The notes below the pieces were generated by a model. The model was not told where the DNA came from. It worked only from the letters and a program-made list of their open reading frames with translations, and did not search any database. Position numbers and translations under genes: made by a program. 64,000 nt of DNA. Origin: Mobula hypostoma. Lineage: Eukaryota. The stretch is taken from the NCBI RefSeq assembly GCF_963921235.1, contig NC_086097.1, forward strand, positions 22,880,001 through 22,944,000, written 5' to 3'. Below, piece after piece: positions 25,701-38,019 of the stretch (the first letter of the stretch is position 1; each line of letters opens with the position of its first letter).

Positions 25701-26369
25701 TTGTTCATCGTAAGGAGAAATCGATCAGGTTGGAGGGTACCTAGACAGAATGTTGCTCCTCCAGAATATCTTCAAGTGGAAAATTGGTATGAAGGGGTCC
25801 ACTAAAGATCAACTGAAGTTGGAACTGGTAGAAGAAATGTGACAAACGATATATCAAGTAGTGTTTGAAGACAGTGAGAATGGGGTGTTGATTATCATTC
25901 CTCCATTTTAGAGAAGGATAATGTTTAGCTTTTGTTGTTAACACTGCAGGATTGTAGTAAACTCCAATTAAGTATTGCCTTCTGTGTTCCTTTCAGGCCC
26001 CTTCCTACCTCATTACTTCAGAGGCTGGCTGTGGAATCTGGTGCAGCAGTTTTGTAAAATTAAATGACTTCTTTCTTTAAAAAAAACTAATTTTCGCTAT
26101 CTTTCAAACCCAGTGCAGTTTACCAGAGAAGCGATCTAGTCTGTCAGTACTGACATGCCACTTGGCAGGCTGCCAACAGATCTAGACTGTGAGTTGTATA
26201 AAACAAGACTCTGCAGTTAGAGACTGGAAGGATGAGATTATTTGACTGGTGGGACTTTTTTGTGTTTTAAAGGTGAGGGATATTAAGGTCTGGAAAATTA
26301 AATATACTCCTGCGTTGGTAACCAGGTGTTCTCAAACATTCTTTGGAACCTGTATTTACCAAATCCAAA

Positions 26370-27060
26370 TCAAAGACGAGATTCTGCAGGTGCTGGAAAT
26401 CCATAGCAACACACACACAATGTTGGAGGAACTCAGCAGGTCAGGCAGCATCTATGGAGGAGAATAAACAGTTGACATTTTGGGCCTAGGCCCTTCATTG
26501 GGAGTGGAGAAGAAGGAGGCATCGTATAAAATAAAAAGGTGGGAGGAGATGGGAAGGGGTACGAGCTGGTAGGTAATAGGTGAAGCCAGCTGAGGGGGAA
26601 AAAGAGAGGATGGGGGAATGGGGATGAAGTGAGAATTTTGGAGGTGATAGGTGGAAGAGGTGAGGGGCTGAAGAAGCCCAGGTAGGACATGTGGCTATGG
26701 TAGCAAGTCTATGTGAGCATATGATTAGAGAGTTAGAGAACAGCAGAAATCACAGAGGGGAGGTTCTCACTGAACTCCTGTCAAAGAGAAGTTTTAAACT
26801 TATGGGTAAATATACCTTGAATAGACTTCGCAGTGCAGCAGCACATCACAAACACAAGAGATTCTGCAGACGCTGCAGCTCCAGAGCAACACACACAAAA
26901 TGCTGAAATGCTGGGGGATCTCAGCAGACCAGGCCGCATCTATGGAAATGAATAAACTGTCCCTCTTTCGTGCTGAGATCCTTCTTCAGAACTGGAGAGG
27001 AAGAGGGAAGAAGCCAAAGTAAGAAGGTAGAAGAGGGGAAGTACAAGCTGGCAGGTGATA
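26370..27060 (-). mobile_element. Two Penelope-like terminal fragments (26370-26690, 26848-27060)
   Basis: Both start 'gagattctgcag...agcaacacacacaa' and continue into the hammerhead and purine-rich region. Confidence 0.75.
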
Positions 27061-27729
27061 AAGTAATGCTCTCTCTACCTTGTCCTGAACCACTATTTGA
27101 GGAACTTTATTTTCTGTCATACTGTCAAAAAGCTTTATAAAATTATAGGAGTAAGAATTTCAGGTTGTATTCTGTAAATATTCTCGGATATTACATTGAA
27201 CCATTGAACCACTGAAAAGCAGATTGTATTATTAAGTCCATATAGGCCAAATTGAACCATAAATTAATTCAGCTTCTTAGATATTGCTCCTTGTATGTTA
27301 TGGCTTTTCATGTTGGCCATTTTGTTAACTCCCACTTAACTGTGAGTTCAAGATCACCACCCCCCACTATTTGTTGAATTGATAATCATGTCCCCAGTTT
27401 TCTGCGGTTCTTCTGCCAAGTAATGATCGAGTCTGCGAGGATTGTGCTGGGGGCAGCCCGCAAGTGTCACCATGCTTCTGGCGCCAACATAGCATGAGTG
27501 ACTGCAGCTTACTAACCTGAACCAGTGCGTGTTTGGAAACACGAACACCCTGAGCTGACCCACGTTGTCATGGGAAGAATGTACAAGCACTTTACAGGCA
27601 GCGATGGGAATTGAACCCAATCGGTAATTGCTGGCACTGCATTAGCATTACACTAACTACTACGCTAGAGAATTCCAACTGTTCACCGTCCTCTGGGTGA
27701 AGAAAAACTCCCTTCAACTCTATCGTAAA

Positions 27730-27990
27730 AGAGAAACCTCTTTGAACTGTACCAAATCAATTGAAAAATTGGCAAGTGAGCATGTGGCTGACTGATCGCA
27801 TGGGAGATTGATTGAGCCTCCTACACCTGGGAGGCATTTGCTTTTTGCGCCAGCTTCCAAGTGCGCATGTTTTCTATTTAACTGCTCCCACACTATAAAC
27901 TGCCCAGCGTGTACAGTTCCTAACATGACTCAGTAAAAATGTTTAATCATACTACTCCATTGTTGTTCTTGCTCTGCGGATTTGTGACAA
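27730..27990 (+). repeat. Solo-LTR-like repeat, copy 2 of 3
   Basis: TATAAA, AGTAAA, a T/GT-rich tract and terminal TGTGACA; shares 'tggcaagtg.gcatgtgg.tga.tgatcgc' and 'catgactcagtaaaa' with copy 1. Confidence 0.65.
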
Positions 27991-28714
27991 TCTTACTTTC
28001 AGTCTATGACTCTTTCCTCCTAACACCTCAGAAGTAGAGTTACCAATTCTGGATCTATCCCTAGTTGTTCTCATATCTGCCAAGGGGAGAAGGCCATTCT
28101 GCTTGAACCTATTTACTTTATGTATGTACCTCGGCGAAAGCTCCCATCACTGTGTCCTCTCTGATATTCAGAGAACATTGAAGTGGTCATCTATTGTGCC
28201 ACTTAGGCCCATTTTATACGGGTATTTAACGAACTGCATTCCTTGCTTCTTAGCCACAGCTTTGAGAATATTTTGTGATATATATTTCCATTCATGATGG
28301 AAATTTTCTATTGAATTGACTTCTACCACCTTACCAGGCAACATGTTCAGCTATGTAGATATAACTGTCTGGTGCATAGTTTGCCACCTCCGTTACGTTT
28401 TCCCCTCTTTTACTTTATATCTCTGTTAACTGTGCTCACCAATCCTTCTCCCAATTGAAACATTTCTTCTTTATTGGGGGGAAAAGGACCTTTCATTGTT
28501 ATGAATTTCATCCACGTGCCCAAGATTTCTCCGTTTCCAGTAAAGAGACCCAAGTCATTTTGTCTTGAGCAGCAGGTCTGTCTTGTATCATTCCAATAAA
28601 CCTTCTCTGCATTTTCCCAAGACCTAATCAGTTTCCTGAAAGGTTTTTCCCAGAAATGTTGAACGTGATAGGTGTGCATTTGCTTTCAGTTTCATATAAC
28701 TCATACAGGCTATC

Positions 28715-28910
28715 ACAAACACAAGAAAATCTGCAGCTGCTGGAAATCCAAAGCAACGCCGCATCTGTGGAAAAGAGTAAACAGTCGATGTTTTGGGACC
28801 AGACCCAAGTCTTGATAAAGGGTCTCGACATGAAACATTGACTGTTCACTCTTTTTCATAGAGGTTGCCTGGCCTGCTGAGTTCCTCCAGCATTTTGTGT
28901 GTGTTGCTTG
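28715..28910. mobile_element. Fold-back Penelope-derived mini-insertion with ~11-bp TSD
   Basis: tacaggctatc (28704-14) / tataggctgtc (28911-21); minus then plus pLTR halves joined within the hammerhead region. Confidence 0.8.
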
Positions 28911-29201
28911 TATAGGCTGTCTGTCATCTTGCGATATAAGTTATTGCATAATAAACAATGAGCATCTTCTTTCATGTCAATATTAATAGAGCTCACAATG
29001 AACATTGACATACCCAATGCTCTATGCAATTGTTAAATAGGAGGCTTCTTTTGAAACATGTAATTTATTCAATAACACATTTTAAACAGAAATTGGATAA
29101 CTATTTGAAGAGAAAAGGTGTCCAGGATTATGAAGAAAGAATGGAGTTGATGAACCATTTGGAGAGATTTATTTTCAAGCGTCGGCAGTAACCACTATCC
29201 A

Positions 29202-29483
29202 TGTATTATATATGTGTGGAGGAAGAATGACAATAGGGTAGTAGGATTAGAAGTTTTTACTGTGTTCAGTTAGTAATGGTGCATGCTAGGTAGCATAAAG
29301 TGCAGGGGCTATGAAACGGACTCACCGAGAAGAAAATGTGCCTATCCAAAATACTGCACAAAATGGGGGGGGGGGGGCTTCCATACATAAGAGGCCCAGT
29401 TGATTCACTGTGCAATCAATCAGACACATGTGCACTTGGCACATTCTTGCAATCGATCTGATGTGGCTCATCATGATGTTACA
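29202..29483 (-). repeat. Solo-LTR-like repeat, copy 3 of 3
   Basis: TGTA...TTACA termini; homology with copy 1 (gaggcccagt...caatcaatca..cacatg..cacttg). Confidence 0.65.
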
Positions 29484-30149
29484 TTTTCTGATTATATAAA
29501 ACTTTGACTGTATTTTTCTACCAGTGGCAAATATATTCTATGAGGAGAGAGTAAACAGATTGGGCCTCTACTCTCTGGTTTAGACCAATGAAAGATGGTC
29601 TCATGCATAATTCATAATGGGGTTCATGTGGAACTTTTGTCTCTTACTTGGAACAAACAATTACTTTGCATCTAACCTTGAGTGGTTTGGGTTCCGCTCA
29701 AAATATTAGATTAAGTTTATGGGCAGAATTTTAAAATAAAACTTGCATAAAATAAGACATAGGAACAGAATGACCCATTGGGTCTATTCCACCATTCCAT
29801 CATGGCTGATTTATTTTCCTTCTCAACCCATTCTCTTGCATTCTCCCTGTAACCTTTGTTGCCCTTACTAATCTTGAACCTCTGAACCTTTGGCTAAAGA
29901 AATTCCTCCTCATCTCTAATCTAAATCATGGTCAATCTGTGGAATGCATAACAAAAGATGGCCATGGAAACCAAATCATAGGGTATAATTAAAGCAGACA
30001 TTGATAGGTTCTTGATTAGTACTTTTCAAGACAGAGATTGATATACTTCCAGTTATTGAGAAAATCAAGAGATATTGATTAAGTGCAGGAAGGTAGCACC
30101 AAAGGAAGAGATAAACTGGATGTTAATAAGTAGCATATTAGGTATTTAT

Positions 30150-30445
30150 TTATTGATTGATCGATCAATACAATGTGGAAGAGGCCCTTTTGGCCCATTG
30201 AGCCGCACTGCACAGCAACCCACCTATTTAACCCTCGCCTAATTACAGGAAAAATTGCAATGACCAATTACCCTACTAACTGTTATGTCTTTGGACTGTG
30301 GGAGAAAGCTGGAGCATCTGGAGGAAACTCACACATACATGGGAAGAACATGCAAACCTCCATACAGGGGATGCTGGAAATGAACTCTGAACTCTGAACT
30401 CTGCTGTAATAGTGTGGTGCTAACTGCAATCCCTACCGTGGCTCC
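30150..30445 (-). mobile_element. V-SINE with CR1-type tail
   Basis: V-domain and 'aagggcctcttccacattgtat' tail on minus. Confidence 0.75.
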
Positions 30446-30799
30446 CCTAAGCAGTGCTTTAGACCTTGGTACAAGGGTTCAAAGATCCAACCCCCTGCTG
30501 TTCTTTTTATGGATCGCTAGAATTCAGTGATGGATTGTGAAAAATATACCATGTTATTAAGAATCTCAATTTTTGTAAGAAAAAAAGCAATAGTACATCT
30601 TGACCTGATGGTAATTTTGTCTTTTGGGTTTCTCTTTTCTTGCACAGGAACCCATGAGCTGTTGTGCATGATACTGAAAGTTTCACCACCGCTTAAAAAA
30701 AATATTTCTTGTATACAAGCTGCAATGATCACTTAAGCTGAGTTGCCCTGAGTTGAAGTTTTTACAAGGCTGCTTCAGTAGAGCATTACAAATCTGTAG

Positions 30800-31075
30800 C
30801 AACACACACAAAATGCTGGAGGAACTCAGCAGGTCAAGCAACATCTATGGAAATAAATAAGCAGTTGTTGTTTCAGGCTGAGCCTGTTCTTCAGGACAGA
30901 GAAGGAAGGGGGAAGATGCCAGAATAAAGTAGGGGGAGGGAGGGAGGAAAAGGAGGCTAGCTGGAAGGTGAAGCCAGGTGGGTGGGAAAAGTCAAGGGTT
31001 GGAGAAGAAGGAATCTGATAAGAGAGGAGAATGGACCATAGGAGAAAGGGAAGGAGGAGGGGACCCGGGGGAGAT
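30800..31075 (-). mobile_element. Penelope-like terminal fragment
   Basis: aacacacacaaaatgctggaggaactcagcagg followed by the purine-rich region. Confidence 0.8.
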
Positions 31076-31079
31076 TATA

Positions 31080-31745
31080 GTCAAGTCCAGTCAAGTCAAA
31101 ATTATTTATATAACACATTTAAAAACAACCCATGTTGACCAAAGTGCTGTAAAGATCAGAGCAGATAGTTAAAATCACAAATACAAGAAACAGAGACATA
31201 ACCAACAAGGCAAACAGCTTATAGGCACAAAAGAAACAACACAAGGGCCCAGGCACAAGCCAAAAGTCAGCCACATCAGGAGGATTCCAACGCTAGTGAA
31301 TAAAAGTAAGATTTGAGCCTGGATTTAAAAGAGTCAATGGAGGGAGCAGGTCTGATAGAGAGGGGAATGCTGTTCCACAGTCTAGGGGCTACAATAGCAA
31401 AGGCGCGGTCACGCCTGAACTTAAATTTAGATCGCAGGACAGCCAGGAGCCCCAAGTCAACTGACTTGAGGGACCTGGAAGTAGAATAAGGGGTTAGAAG
31501 GTCTGCGATATAGCAGGGGGCTAGCCCATTTAGGGCTTTATAAACAAACAGGAGAATCTTAAAATCAATTCTGAACCGTACTGGCAGCCAGTGGAGGGAG
31601 GCCAGGATAGGAGTAATATGGTCCCTCTTCCGGGCACCTGTCAGGAGCCCGGCTGCGGCGTTCTGGACCAGTTGCAGACGGGACAGGGACGACTGACTAA
31701 TCCCAGTATACAGGGAGTTGGAGTAGTCCAAGCGGGAGGATATAG
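31080..31745 (-). mobile_element. L2-clade LINE 3' fragment with open ORF2 C-terminus
   Basis: 'SSRLDYSNSLYTG...RLQLVQNAAAGLLTG..KRDHITPILASLHWLPVRFRIDFKILL...APRLWNSIP'; (cttga)n tail. Confidence 0.9.
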
Positions 31746-32065
31746 ATTCGATTAGATTCAACTTTATTGTCATTGTTCCGGGTACAGATACAAAGCCAAT
31801 GAAATGTAGTTAGTATCTGACCAGAAATGCAAAGAATAGTCTTATTTACAAAATAACTGTGAATAAAAAGTAAATGCTACAGCACACAAATATAAAAGTA
31901 CTGAGACAGTACAATGTGGGTGCAATACTGCTTAGCGCTGTGATGTGAGGTTCAGCAGGGTCACAGCCTCAGGGAAGAAGCTCTTCCTGAGCCTGCTGGT
32001 GTGGGAGCAGAAGCTCCTGTAGTGCCTACCGGATGGGAGGAGAGTAAGAAGACTATGGTTAGGGT
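31746..32065 (-). mobile_element. Rex1-type LINE 3' end
   Basis: 'LPSGRHYRSFCSHTSRLRKSFFPEAVTLLN' on minus, followed by AATAAA. Confidence 0.75.
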
Positions 32066-33241
32066 TAAGGGCGTGGATGACTTTCTCGAGATCGTTAAAA
32101 GAGAGAAACTGCTTGATTTCTTGCAGGGCAAGTTTTTTTTACACAGAGAGTGGTTGGAGCCTGAAGTGCACTGCCAGAGGATATGCTGGAGACAAATACG
32201 ACAGATGCATTTAAAAGGCTCTTAGATAAGTATATAAATATTTGGAGAATAAGGAATATGTTGGACACATGTAGGCAGATGGAGCTTGCAACACGGCTGC
32301 CGTACGCGGCACCATCTTGGCTAAAATGGGATTAGTTTAATTAGGTGTTGTAGCTGAATTGGTTCAGCGCAACATCATGGATGGAAAGGGTGGTTCCTCT
32401 ATAGTACTGTTCAATGATCTATGAACTGTACCCTTAATGGGTGTTCACATGTAAATACAATTCAGTAACTTGTAATTATATATGTCCATCTGTTGAATAA
32501 ATTTAAACTGGGAAGAAAGAGTCAGGTTGAGTAGATGAAAAGGTTGACCATAACTTCATTAGACAATGGGGCAGGATTAAGCCCATTGAGTCTGTTCCAC
32601 CTTTCCATCATGGCAGATCTATTATCCCTCTCAACCCCATTCTCCTGCCTTCTTCCCGTTACCTTTGATTCCCATACTAATCAAGAACCTATCAACCTCC
32701 ACTTTAAATATACCCAGTGACTTGTCCTCCATAGCCATCTGTGGCAATGAATTCCAATTATACCATCCTCTGGTGAAAGAAATCCCCCCCTTCTCTTTTC
32801 TTGAGGGATTGTATTGTGTCCTCAATGTCAGGTCTGTCCTGTGCTGTTCTTAATGCAACATCTCTTAGTGTTCATATTATTTAAGCCACTAAACGCATTG
32901 TGGTCATTCTATAGTGAGGTTATTATAGTTACTATCCTAAGTATGAATCCATAATAACTCCCTACTGAACTTAACATAGTTTTTTTTGTGTCAGCGGTAT
33001 CCTGGAGAACACCCTGAATAAAATATTGCATGCATTGTGTTAGTTGTACAGTTGCGCATTCATAGAATGTAGGACATTTTCAAAATCATTTTAATAAAAT
33101 TCGGACAGGTACTAAAGACAGGTGTGCTGGGAATTCCTGCTGGTCAGGGACCGCCATTGATCACAACTGAAGTTAGCATCACACTTTAGAATGCCAGAAA
33201 TCTGGGCTCAGTTCCCACTACTGTGTGTGAGGAGTTTGTAC

Positions 33242-33518
33242 TGTTACAGTGTGCGCTGGCAATGACTGAACCCAGGTGCAGAGGAACAGCCGATTCCCAT
33301 GGAGAGATGGAAACAAGAGCTTATGCTTTGGAATTCCTGTGGTGCAAGACCGAGCGACATCGTGAGATGAATCATTCTCAACATGAGGACCCCGAGAACA
33401 GAAAGCACTAGGGCTTAACGACTCCAATTAAGACAACAATTAGTAAACACAGGCTCCCAAGAAATGCAGAAGCTTAATGCTCTATGGCACGCCGCAGAAG
33501 CCCGCTGGATTCATGACA
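33242..33518 (-). mobile_element. Solo-LTR-like insertion
   Basis: TGTTAC...ATGACA termini exactly interrupting the SINE V-domain; no clear TSD. Confidence 0.55.
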
Positions 33519-33576
33519 TTCTCACCGTGAACACATGGGTTTCTTCCAGGTGCTATGGTTTCCTCCCAAGTTCCAA

Positions 33577-34342
33577 AGATGAATGGTGGCCGATTAGGAA
33601 AAGGGGAGGTGCAACGAGACCTGGGTGTCATTATACACCAGTCATTGAAAGTGGGCATGCAGGTACAGCAGGCGGTGAAAAAGGCGAATGGTATGCTGGC
33701 ATTTATAGCGAGAGGATTCGAGTACAGGAGCAGGGAGGTACTACTGCAGTTGTACAAGGCCTTGGTGAGACCACACCTGGAGTATTGTGTGCAGTTTTGG
33801 TCCCCTAATCTGAGGAAAGACATCTTTGCCATAGAGGGAGTACAAAGAAGGTTCACCAGATTGATTCCTGGGATGGCAGGACTTTCATATGAAGAAAGAC
33901 TGGATGAACTGGGCTTGTACTCGTTGGAATTTAGAAGATTGAGGGGGGATCTGATTGAAACATATAAGATCCTAAAGGGATTGGACAGGCTAGATGCAGG
34001 AAGATTGTTCCCGATGTTGGGGAAGTCCAGAACGAGGGGCCACCGTTTGAGGATAGAGGGGAAGCCTTTTAGGACCGATATTAGGAAAAACTTCTTCACA
34101 CAGAGAGTGGTGAATCTGTGGAATTCTCTGCCACAGGAAACTGTTGAGGCCAGTTCATTGACTATGTTTAAGAGGGAGTTGGATATGGCCCTTGTGGCTA
34201 CGGGGGTCAGGGGGTATGGAGGGAAGGCTGGGGCGGGGTTCTGAGTTGGATGATCAGCCATGATCATAATAAATGGCGGTGCAGGCTCGAAGGGCCGAAT
34301 GGCCTACTCCTGCACCTATTTTCTATGTTTCTATGTTTCTAT
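33577..34342 (+). mobile_element. Young CR1 LINE, 5'-truncated, open ORF2 C-terminus
   Basis: ORF 33555..34244 'QRDLGV...LYKALVRPHLEYCVQFWSP...RLRGDLIETYK...FFTQRVVNLWNSLP'; (tttctatg)n tail. Confidence 0.95.
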
Positions 34343-34864
34343 ATATGGGTTAGGGTTAGTAAGTTGTGGGGATGCTATGTTGGCACTGGAAGCATGGTGA
34401 TACTTGCAGGCTGTCTCCTGAAGTCCTTCTGACGTTGGTGGTCATTGACGGAAATGATGCATTTCACCATACATTCAAAAAGTGGAGCAGTCTCGATGGG
34501 CTGAATCGCCTAACTCTGCCCCTATGTCTTGCGGTCTTTCATAACGGATAAGGCAACACACTGCTGTATGACTAAATTATATTTGACTTTATCATTAATT
34601 ATCAGCTGTTCACACTTGCTTCTGACGGAAGTACTAAGTATATTCTTGCACACAAGAGATTCTGCAATTGCTGGAAATGTGGAGAGCAACACACACAAAA
34701 TGCTGGAAGAACTCAACAGGCCAGGCAACGTCTGTAGAGAGGAATAAACAGTCAGTATCTCCGGTCAAGACCCTTCTTCAGGGCTGGGAAGGAAGGGGAA
34801 AGAATCCAGAATAAAAACCTGGCAGTCGGTTTTCCTTCCCCTCCCTCCACCACTTTATTCTGGC

Positions 34865-35375
34865 TTATCTAAAAGAGGATGTGCTGGCATTGGAGGGAGT
34901 TCAGAGGAGAGTAGCGAGAATGATCCCAGGTTTGAAAAAGTTAACACATGAGGAGCAGTTGATGGCTGTGTGCCTGTACTCACTGGAATTCAGAATAAGG
35001 GGAGATCGAATTGAAACCTATTGAATATTGAAAGGCCTAGATACAGTGGATGTGGAGACATTTCCAATAGTGGGCGAATCTGTGACCGGAATACAAATAT
35101 GTCCCTTTGGAAGAGAGAAGAGGAGCGATTTCTTTAGCCAGATGATGGTGAATATGTGGACATTACTGCCACAGATGGCTGGAGAGGCCAAGTCATTGGG
35201 TATATTTAAAGTGGCGGTAGATAGTTTCACAATTAGTAAGGATGTCAAAAGCTATGAGGGAAAAACCAGGAGAGCGGAGTTGAGAGGGATAATAAATCAG
35301 CCATGCTAGTATGGCGGAGCAGTCTTGATGGGCTGAATGGCCTAATTCTGTTCCAATGTTTTATGGTCTTATGAT
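34865..35375 (+). mobile_element. CR1 LINE 3' fragment
   Basis: ORF 35028..35309 'FFSQMMVNMWTLLPQ'; typical tail. Confidence 0.85.
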
Positions 35376-35884
35376 TTAATTCTGTAATTCTAAATATTGC
35401 TTTAGAAATAAATAATGGAATGAAAGAAAAATGCATGGCAGATTACTTTCAGAAAATAAATTTATAATGTTTTTGCAAAGAGTTTACCAAAATAAATAAC
35501 TGATATGGAAGATACAGAACAAGTTTCTTAAAATGCTTTGTGAATTTGTGTGCCCACAAGGCATCTCTTGTTCCCAAAGCATATGGGCACAACGTATAGA
35601 AAAAGCAAAGCCAGCAGAAATATTGCTGAAGTGTGCGTGATGTGGATTGAACAACTTTGCTTTGAGTCTGGTTCATTAATGAGGTTTGTGCTGGAAATGG
35701 TCACAAAATGTTTTCAGCTCATTTAAAAATAGTATTACAATCCAAAAAGAAATTAACGCATTAAGGGCGGTTTCCTTGGTTTAGTGTTGCATATGCTCTC
35801 TGAAGAGATAGAGACCAAAATAAATTCTTAAGGTTCTTTTTCTCAATGAATCACTGAAAAAAAGCAGAAAGATAGAGTAGAGTA

Positions 35885-36857
35885 CATAAGACCATCAAGT
35901 CTGCTCCACCATGTCTGTTATATTATCTCTCTCAACTCCATTCTCCTGTCTTCTCCCTTTGATGCCCTGACTACTCAAAAAATTATCAATCTCTGCTTTA
36001 AATATACCCAATGACTAGGCCTGCACAGCTGTCTGTGGCAAGGATTTCCACAGATTTACCACCCTCTGGCTCAAGAAATTCCTCCTCATTTCTGTTCTGA
36101 AGGGAAGTCTTTCTATTCTGAGGCTGTGCCCTCTGGTCCTAGACTCCCCCACTATAGGATTCATTCTCTCCACATCCGTACTATCACGTCCTTTTAATAT
36201 TGATGGGTTTCAACGAGATCCCCCCCTCATTCTCCAGTGAGTACAGGCCCAGAGACATCAAGCGCTCTTCATACGTTAACCCTTTCACAGACATCCCACC
36301 CTGCAAAAACTAATTTCAGGGAGGTAGCACCATCAATTTGCGGGAGACTTCCGGGAGAGGTGGGATGTCTGCAATAGAGTCGCTCCTTAGCAACCAGCCA
36401 GCCAGTTTAAATAATGTTAGCTATGCTAATGAACGAATGACACCTGTTAAGCTCACCTCAACATGTCTTTTACAGTCTTAACCCACCATGGGCAATAGAA
36501 AAGTCATTGTTGCAAACAGTGCAATGAGCAACACTGTCATTATTAGGCAGGGGTACACTTTAGTGTAGTCTGGGGTGACGTATGTTTTATATTTTTTGGA
36601 ACACTCTGCAATGGTGTGCTCTCGCTTGCGCTCTCTCTTGCTCTCTCTCTCTCTCGTGGTCGCTCGCGCGCTCTCGCTTGCTTTTCTCTTGCTCGCTCTC
36701 AAAAAAATTGATTTCCATGATATTGTATATAACTTGCGGGCATCAGGGAGCCACTATTAATATGCGGGAGACTCCCGGAAGTTCCGGGAGAGGTGGGATG
36801 TCTGCTTTCATTCCCAGAATCCTTCTCATGAACCTCCTCTGGACCCTCTCCAATGCT
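35885..36857 (-). mobile_element. CR1 LINE 3' fragment split by a TIR element
   Basis: CR1 sequence resumes at 36805 (ctttcattcccagaat...gaccctctccaatgc). Confidence 0.85.
36288..36804. mobile_element. Non-autonomous DNA transposon with 13-bp TIR, 6-bp TSD and an internal duplicate right end
   Basis: CAGACATCCCACC (36288-300) / GGTGGGATGTCTG (36359-71 and 36792-804); CTTTCA at 36282-87 and 36805-10. Confidence 0.85.
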
Positions 36858-36944
36858 GTGGAGGCCGTTTGGAGCAGCACTGTGTGATAATGTTGTGTGA
36901 AAATCACAATTTGTAGTGTAACTTATTTATCATTAACAAGAGAA

Positions 36945-37580
36945 AAACGAGAAGGTCTTCAGAAATCCAAAGCAACACACAAACATTGCTGGAGGAACTC
37001 AGCAGGCCAGGCAGCATCTATGAAAAAGAGTCAATGGCCAAGACCATCAGGACTGGAAAGGAAGCGGGAAAGGAGTCAGACTAAGAAGACGGGGGAGGGG
37101 AGGTACAAGCACAAGGTGACAAGTCATAGGTGAAGGGGAGGGGGTGAAGTAAAGAGCTGGGAAGTTGATTGGTGAAAGAGGAATCTGATAGGAGAGGACA
37201 GAAGACCATGGTAGAAGGGGAAGCGGGAGGAACACCAGCAGGAGATGATGCGCAGGCAAGAAGAGAAGGTGTGGGAAGGAAAGAGGAATGGGAATGATGA
37301 AGTGGGGGTGGGGGGGGTGCAATTTCCAGAAATTCTGGAAATTGATGTTCATGGATCAGGTTGGAGGCTATATAAGGTGTTTTCTCCTCCGACCTGAGTG
37401 TGGCCTCATCCTGGCAGTAGAGAAGGCCTTGGACTGACATGTAAGAATGAGATTGGGAAGTAGAATTTAAGTGGGTAGCCACCAAGAGATCCTGCTTTTT
37501 ATGGTGGTTGGAGCAAAGGTGCTTGATAAAGCCATCTCCCAATCTACGTTGTGTCTCACTGATATACAGGAGGCTATACC
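36945..37580 (-). mobile_element. Penelope-like 3' fragment (GIY-YIG remnant and pLTR)
   Basis: ORF 37081..37542 'VATHLNSTSQSHSYMSVQGLLYCQDEATLRSEE'. Confidence 0.85.
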
Positions 37581-38019
37581 TGAATATCTAACAAGGTAAG
37601 GCATATTTTTCCCTCATTCATAATTTCACATAGACAGCTTCCAACACTTCAGATACTAAGTTCATGGTTTAAAACAATCCATAAAAATAACAGCCTGCAG
37701 TAAATGACTTGTCAGCAGAGGAATTTCCCCATGTATTATGTGCTGGATTAATATTATAAAGGAGAAATTTATTTTTCTCTTTTCCTATAAAGCAAATTTT
37801 TCATGCATAAACCTTTGTGTTGAACCTTTGTTCTAATAGAAATGCTTAGATTTGGCATCCACAAATAGCTTATAAAAATTCAGAGTGATGCATCATTGTT
37901 GCTAGAGGCAATAATGATCCCTGTTGAATGGAATACCCGAATCACAAAGATGTTAGCTTCATTTCTGCCTTGTTCGCTGTATCAACTTTTCAACTCCCCA
38001 GAAACATTTTCTCCAAGCC

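Larger units (their letters stand above)
33165..34480 (+). mobile_element. V-SINE split by an LTR-like insert and a young CR1
   Basis: 'gaggagtttgtac' | insert | 'ttctcaccgtg...ccaaagat' | CR1 | 'gggttagggttagtaagttgtggg'. Confidence 0.75.

Noticed and set aside
24490..29483. Full LTR retrotransposon between same-orientation copies 1 and 3
   Set aside because: The copies are strongly diverged and no PBS, PPT or gag/pol remnants were seen between them.
33482..34267. 261-aa minus-strand ORF
   Set aside because: Antisense shadow of the CR1 ORF2 on the plus strand.
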